Source: an uncultured Clostridia bacterium
Lineage (GTDB): Bacteria > Bacillota > Clostridia > TANB77 > CAG-508
Reading direction: 5' to 3'
DNA: 64,000 nt
NCBI GenBank assembly: GCA_934177485.1
Contig: CAKPPF010000001.1
Location: forward strand, 256,618 to 320,617
Positions 59,604 to 64,000 of this stretch are shown in pieces (position 1 is the first letter of the stretch; the number at the start of each line of letters is the position of its first letter). Made by a program: the position numbers and the translations under genes. Under the pieces are notes generated by a model. It saw only the letters and a list, made by a program, of their open reading frames with translations, had not been told where the DNA came from and did no database searches.

Positions 59604-60875
59604 ATGAAACTAAAATTTAAAACAAAAAATTCAAATCAACCTATATGTTTTAAAAATAAAAACGAACATGTAGGGGCAGGTCTTGTGCCCGCCCACAATA
59701 GAGGTATAACTCTAGTTGCTTTAATAATAACAATAATTTTATTATTGATATTAGCAGTAGTAGCAATAACATCAATAAGTAACAACAATATAATAAAACA
59801 CGCACAAAATGCAGGAAAAACTTACACTGAGGAAAAAGAAAAAGAAAAAATATCATTAGCAATGCAAGAAGCCCTATTAGAAGAAAATGGAACAGTTACT
59901 CAAGAGGGAATAACAAAAGTAATGAATACGTACTTTACAAACAGTGGCTGGAAAATAATATCATCAGATGATAAAATTATGACAATACAAATAACATCAT
60001 CAGGAAGACAATATAAAATAACATTAGGTTCAGGAAAAATAGAAACTGTAACAGAAGGAAAAAACACAGGAAGTTGGGTAAATAATGGAAATGGAACCTT
60101 TACAAAAGATGGTACAACAGTAGAAATAGGAAAAACAACATACACAAACGAAGAAGTGCAAAAAAAATTAGGAGGAACAGGAGGAACATATAAAGGAACA
60201 TGGACAGTAATAGGGGTAGAAGAAGATAAATTAAAACTAGTCTCAACAAAAACAGTAGGAAGTGTTATACTTGGATGCAATGACCCAGGAGCAATTGCAG
60301 CAATTACAGTTGCAAATGAAGATTCGATTACAGATGAAGAAAAGGCAGAAAGAAGTATATGGTCATATAAAAATGCAATTACTACATTAAATACCAATGC
60401 ACAAGAAGAAACAGGAATTGCAAGTGCAAGAAGTATGGCATTGGAAGATATATACGGAATAATAGGTGAGGATGGAGTAACTAAAAAATCATGGGCTGGA
60501 ACATACGGAGCAGAATATACTTTTAATTATTCAAATGCCAAAGACAAAATACTTATAGATGAAAATGGAGAAACAGTAAAAATAGATACAGCCGAAAAAG
60601 AGGTAACATTGAAAAATACATACTTTGAATATGAACTTACAACTGAACAAAAAGAAGTAATAGAAAGTTTTTTATCTGATAGCCTTTATTGGTTGGCTTC
60701 ATGTGCAGTTGTTTGTGGTATTTCATCAAACCCGGGAGATGCAGTGTATCATGTTCTACAAATGAACCATGGTGAAATTAGTGGATACCCAAAAACTTTG
60801 GGAATATATAATACGTTTGGAAGCCAATATGAATGGACGGCTGGTGTGGCAGTACGTGCTGTGATATACATGTAG
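59604..60875 (+). CDS. Pilin/pseudopilin-like secreted protein with an N-terminal hydrophobic helix
   Basis: AAGGAGG RBS. 'RGITLVALIITIILLLILAVVAITSI' resembles a prepilin-type leader and helix (Ala rather than Glu at +5), followed by a Thr/Gly-rich globular domain. Confidence 0.5.
   Translation: MKLKFKTKNSNQPICFKNKNEHVGAGLVPAHNRGITLVALIITIILLLILAVVAITSISNNNIIKHAQNAGKTYTEEKEKEKISLAMQEALLEENGTVTQEGITKVMNTYFTNSGWKIISSDDKIMTIQITSSGRQYKITLGSGKIETVTEGKNTGSWVNNGNGTFTKDGTTVEIGKTTYTNEEVQKKLGGTGGTYKGTWTVIGVEEDKLKLVSTKTVGSVILGCNDPGAIAAITVANEDSITDEEKAERSIWSYKNAITTLNTNAQEETGIASARSMALEDIYGIIGEDGVTKKSWAGTYGAEYTFNYSNAKDKILIDENGETVKIDTAEKEVTLKNTYFEYELTTEQKEVIESFLSDSLYWLASCAVVCGISSNPGDAVYHVLQMNHGEISGYPKTLGIYNTFGSQYEWTAGVAVRAVIYM
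59667..59696 (+). repeat. Repeat module A embedded in frame inside the 59604-60875 CDS
   Basis: catgtagGGGCAGGtcttgtgCCCGCCCac, translated as HVGAGLVPAH. Confidence 0.85.
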
Positions 60876-60975
60876 AAAACAAAAAAATAACCGACTTTTA
60901 AAATATATTTAAAATAAGTCCTAAAGAGGAAAAACAAAAAAGTATATGCGAAAATTACTCAAAAAAATAAGTATA

Positions 60976-61057
60976 AGATAGATGAATAATAATAAATTCA
61001 TCTATCTTTTATTATATGGGCTGAACGGGTCACAAGACCTACCCCTACATGCCTGCC
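60976..61057. repeat. Repeat modules B and inverted A
   Basis: agatagatgaataataataaattcatctatct (60976-61007), then gaacgggtcacaagacctacccctacatgcctgcc (61023-61057). Confidence 0.75.
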
Positions 61058-61168
61058 ATCAAAAACAAAGTTTTATATATGTAAATTTTCAACTTCCACC
61101 ATTCATATTGATTTATATTTTGCATAATGATATAATAACAACAAATTAAAAGTTAAGGAGTGGTTTTA

Positions 61169-62614
61169 ATGAACAAATACGATATTGTTGTAATTGGAGC
61201 TGGACCAAGTGCTGCTTTTTTAGCTTATGAGGCTATACAATTAAATAAAAATAAAAAGATATTATTAATAGAACAAGGAAAAAGAGTTGAAGACAGAAAT
61301 TGCCCTATAGAAAAATTAGGAAAGTGTGTTCATTGTAAACCAATGTGCAATATAACATGTGGTTTTTCAGGTGCGGGAGCATTTTCTGATGGGAAATTAT
61401 CTTTATACAATAAAGAAGATGATGATATATACATAGGTGGAGTTTTACATGAATATGTTGGAATTGAAAAAACTAAAGAATTAATAGATTATGCAGATAA
61501 AGTATATTTGAAGTTTGGCGCAGATACTAAACTAGAAGGCGTTGACTATAAAGATGAAGTAAAGAAAATATACGATAAAGCTAAAAAGGAAGATATAAAT
61601 TTAGTAAATATTCCAATAAGACATTTAGGAACAGAAAAAAGTCATGAACTTTATGGAAGAATAGAAAAATATTTATTAGATAATGGAATAGATATATTAT
61701 TTGAAACTACTGTAAGTGATTTAGTAGTAGAAAACAATAAAATAAAAGGTGTAAAAATTAGACCAGCTAAATATGCAGAAGTTGAAGATTATAACCAAGA
61801 TGAAGAAATAGATGCAGAAAATGTTGTGTTAGCTGTTGGGAGAAAAGGCGCAAACTGGCTTGTAAAAATGTGTGATAAACATGAAATAAAAACTACAGCT
61901 GGAACGGTTGATATAGGTGTAAGGTATGAATTACCAGATACAGTTATGAAAGATGTTAATAAGTATATGTATGAAGGTAAATTTATATCAAGACCATACC
62001 CATTTAGAGATAAAGTAAGAACATTTTGCCAAAATCCAAGTGGTTTTGTATCAACAGAAGTGTATGATAATAATATAACTTTAGTTAATGGACATTCATA
62101 TAAGGAAAGAAAAAGTACAAATACGAATTTAGCAATATTAGTATCACATAATTTTAATTATCCATTTAACAGACCTATTGAATATGGAAGAAATGTTGCA
62201 AAAAATTTAAATGCATTAGGAAATGGAAATATAGTAGTACAAAGATTAGGAGACATATATAGAGGAAAAAGAACATGGGAAGAAGAATTAGAGAATAATT
62301 CAGTAGTACCAACACTAAAGTCAGCTGTAGCAGGAGATATAACTTTTGCTTTAGGCTATAGAACTATGACAGACATACTTCAATTTATTTCATCTTTAGA
62401 TAAAGTTGTAGAAGGATTTGCACATCCAGATAATCTTTTGTATGGACCAGAAATTAAATTCTACAGTAACAAAATTGATATTAATGACAAGTTTGAAACA
62501 AGCATAAAAGGCTTGTACTCAATTGGAGATGGTGGAGGATTAACAAGAGGATTAATGATGGCTTCAGCATCTGGAGTGCAAACAGCAAGGAATATATTAG
62601 ATATAAAAATGTAA
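61169..62614 (+). CDS. FAD-dependent oxidoreductase (uncharacterised dehydrogenase family)
   Basis: N-terminal dinucleotide fold 'DIVVIGAGPSAAF' and C-terminal 'YSIGDGGG'. The start is at the ATG after AAGGAG. Confidence 0.75.
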   Translation: MNKYDIVVIGAGPSAAFLAYEAIQLNKNKKILLIEQGKRVEDRNCPIEKLGKCVHCKPMCNITCGFSGAGAFSDGKLSLYNKEDDDIYIGGVLHEYVGIEKTKELIDYADKVYLKFGADTKLEGVDYKDEVKKIYDKAKKEDINLVNIPIRHLGTEKSHELYGRIEKYLLDNGIDILFETTVSDLVVENNKIKGVKIRPAKYAEVEDYNQDEEIDAENVVLAVGRKGANWLVKMCDKHEIKTTAGTVDIGVRYELPDTVMKDVNKYMYEGKFISRPYPFRDKVRTFCQNPSGFVSTEVYDNNITLVNGHSYKERKSTNTNLAILVSHNFNYPFNRPIEYGRNVAKNLNALGNGNIVVQRLGDIYRGKRTWEEELENNSVVPTLKSAVAGDITFALGYRTMTDILQFISSLDKVVEGFAHPDNLLYGPEIKFYSNKIDINDKFETSIKGLYSIGDGGGLTRGLMMASASGVQTARNILDIKM

Positions 62615-62685
62615 AATGACTTATAAAAAATATGTAAGAATAAAGGCTAGAAAGTTAGAATTAATAATGTAAATAGTTATATAGT

Positions 62686-62705
62686 GGCAGGCCTTTGTGC
62701 CTGCC
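62686..62705. repeat. Repeat module A variant
   Basis: GGCAGGcctttgtgCCTGCC. Confidence 0.6.
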
Positions 62706-62729
62706 TTTTAAATAAAATGGAGAAAAAAT

Positions 62730-64000
62730 ATGAGCAAAGTTAAATGGACAACAGAACAATTACAAGCAATAGAATGTAAAAATAATAATATATTAGTTGC
62801 AGCAGCTGCCGGAAGTGGTAAAACAGCTGTTTTAGTTGAGAGAATTATAAATAAAATAATTAATGAAAAAATAGATATAGATCAAATTTTAGTTGTTACA
62901 TTTACAAATGCTGCTGCATCTGAAATGAGAGAAAGAATTTTAGAAGCTATTTATAAAAAAATAGAAGAAGAACCACAAAATGTTCACTTGCAAAAACAAA
63001 TTAATTTAATTGGTCGAGCAAGCATATGTACAATAGATTCCTTTTGCTTAGAAGTGGTAAAAAACAATTTTTATGAAATTGATATTTCTCCTAATTTTAG
63101 AATTGCAGACTCTGCAGAATTGGAACTTATAAAACAAGAAGCACTTGAAGAATTGTTTAATGAAAAATATGAGAATGAAGATAAAGAATTTTTAAAATTG
63201 CTTGATACTTATACTACATATTCAAGTGATGAGCCATTAAGAAATATTGTACTAAATATATATAGTTTTATACAGAGTCATCCATTTCCATTTGAATGGC
63301 TAGATGAACAAATACAGAAGTATAATCTAGAGAATAAATTAGAACTTGATTTTTCAGAAACTGAGTGGGGAAAAATAATATTAAATAATATAAAAGAAAG
63401 TCTAGAAAACGCAAAGTTAAAGCTAGAAAAATTAAAAGCACAACTTGATATGTTTGATGAGTTAAAAAAATATTCAATTGTAATAACACAAGATATTGAC
63501 AATTTGAATAGAATTTTAAATTTTCAAAAATGGGATGAAATATTTAATTATATATCAGATATGACATTTGAAAAATGGCCAATTGATAGAAAAATTAAAT
63601 TAGACGAAAAAGAAATTGCAAAGGAAAAAAGAAATGAAATAAAAAAAGAAATAACCAAAAGTTTAGGAGTTATAGATTGTAATTCATTACAGGCTAATAA
63701 AGATATATATTATATGTATCCAACATTAGAAAATATAAAAAAACTAGTAGTTCAATTTAGTGAAATATTAACTATAAGTAAAAAAGATAAAAATGTTGTG
63801 GATTTTAGCGATATTGAACATATGGCTCTTAATATATTGTTAAATAAAAAAGATGATTCAAATTATGAACCATCAGATGTTGCAACTAAATATAGAAAAA
63901 AATTTACAGAAATTGCAATAGATGAGTACCAGGACTCTAATCTTGTACAAGAAAGTATATTAACTTCAATATCTAATGGAAATAACATGTTTATGGTTGG
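62730..64000 (+). CDS. addA: AddA-type ATP-dependent helicase/nuclease subunit A (5' part; it runs off the window)
   Basis: 'WTTEQLQAIECKNNNILVAAAAGSGKTAVLVERII...VVTFTNAAASEMRERI...DEYQDSN'. The reading frame is open to the window end and is not in the ORF track because it has no stop. Confidence 0.8.
   Translation, partial: MSKVKWTTEQLQAIECKNNNILVAAAAGSGKTAVLVERIINKIINEKIDIDQILVVTFTNAAASEMRERILEAIYKKIEEEPQNVHLQKQINLIGRASICTIDSFCLEVVKNNFYEIDISPNFRIADSAELELIKQEALEELFNEKYENEDKEFLKLLDTYTTYSSDEPLRNIVLNIYSFIQSHPFPFEWLDEQIQKYNLENKLELDFSETEWGKIILNNIKESLENAKLKLEKLKAQLDMFDELKKYSIVITQDIDNLNRILNFQKWDEIFNYISDMTFEKWPIDRKIKLDEKEIAKEKRNEIKKEITKSLGVIDCNSLQANKDIYYMYPTLENIKKLVVQFSEILTISKKDKNVVDFSDIEHMALNILLNKKDDSNYEPSDVATKYRKKFTEIAIDEYQDSNLVQESILTSISNGNNMFMV

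Overview
This is a 64-kb chromosomal window from a very AT-rich, endospore-forming Firmicute. It looks Clostridia-like, with spoIIID, yabG, veg, a SipL-like LysM protein, yunB, comEC and hrcA-grpE-dnaK-dnaJ. Most of it is ordinary housekeeping: metal and cation P-type ATPases, rubrerythrin, prmC, hemW, feoAB, clpE-like, htrA, pgsA, a two-component system with an ABC exporter, and a partial addA. Three things stand out. (1) An ~11.3-kb island (30351-41743) is bracketed by ~112-bp direct repeats that are ~91% identical. The repeats duplicate the leader and first 13 codons of spoIIID. No recombinase is visible in the island. It carries decayed mobile-element debris and an intact four-gene operon (32281-41388). 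The operon is headed by a 2,112-aa protein that combines an unrecognisable N-terminal region, an SF2/ResIII-type helicase core, near-identical 312-bp tandem repeats and a coiled-coil tail. Three proteins follow that I cannot assign to any family. This is my best candidate for an undescribed conflict system (defence or anti-defence). (2) Intergenic regions hold a modular family of palindromic or hairpin repeats. There are at least 12 copies of a GGCAGG-TCTTGTG-CCTGCC hairpin plus larger mosaic modules, and one copy sits in frame inside a coding sequence. (3) The sporulation protease gene yabG carries two +1 frameshifts, each an extra C before GGA. All calls rest on reading the translated ORFs and the raw sequence. 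No database search was possible.
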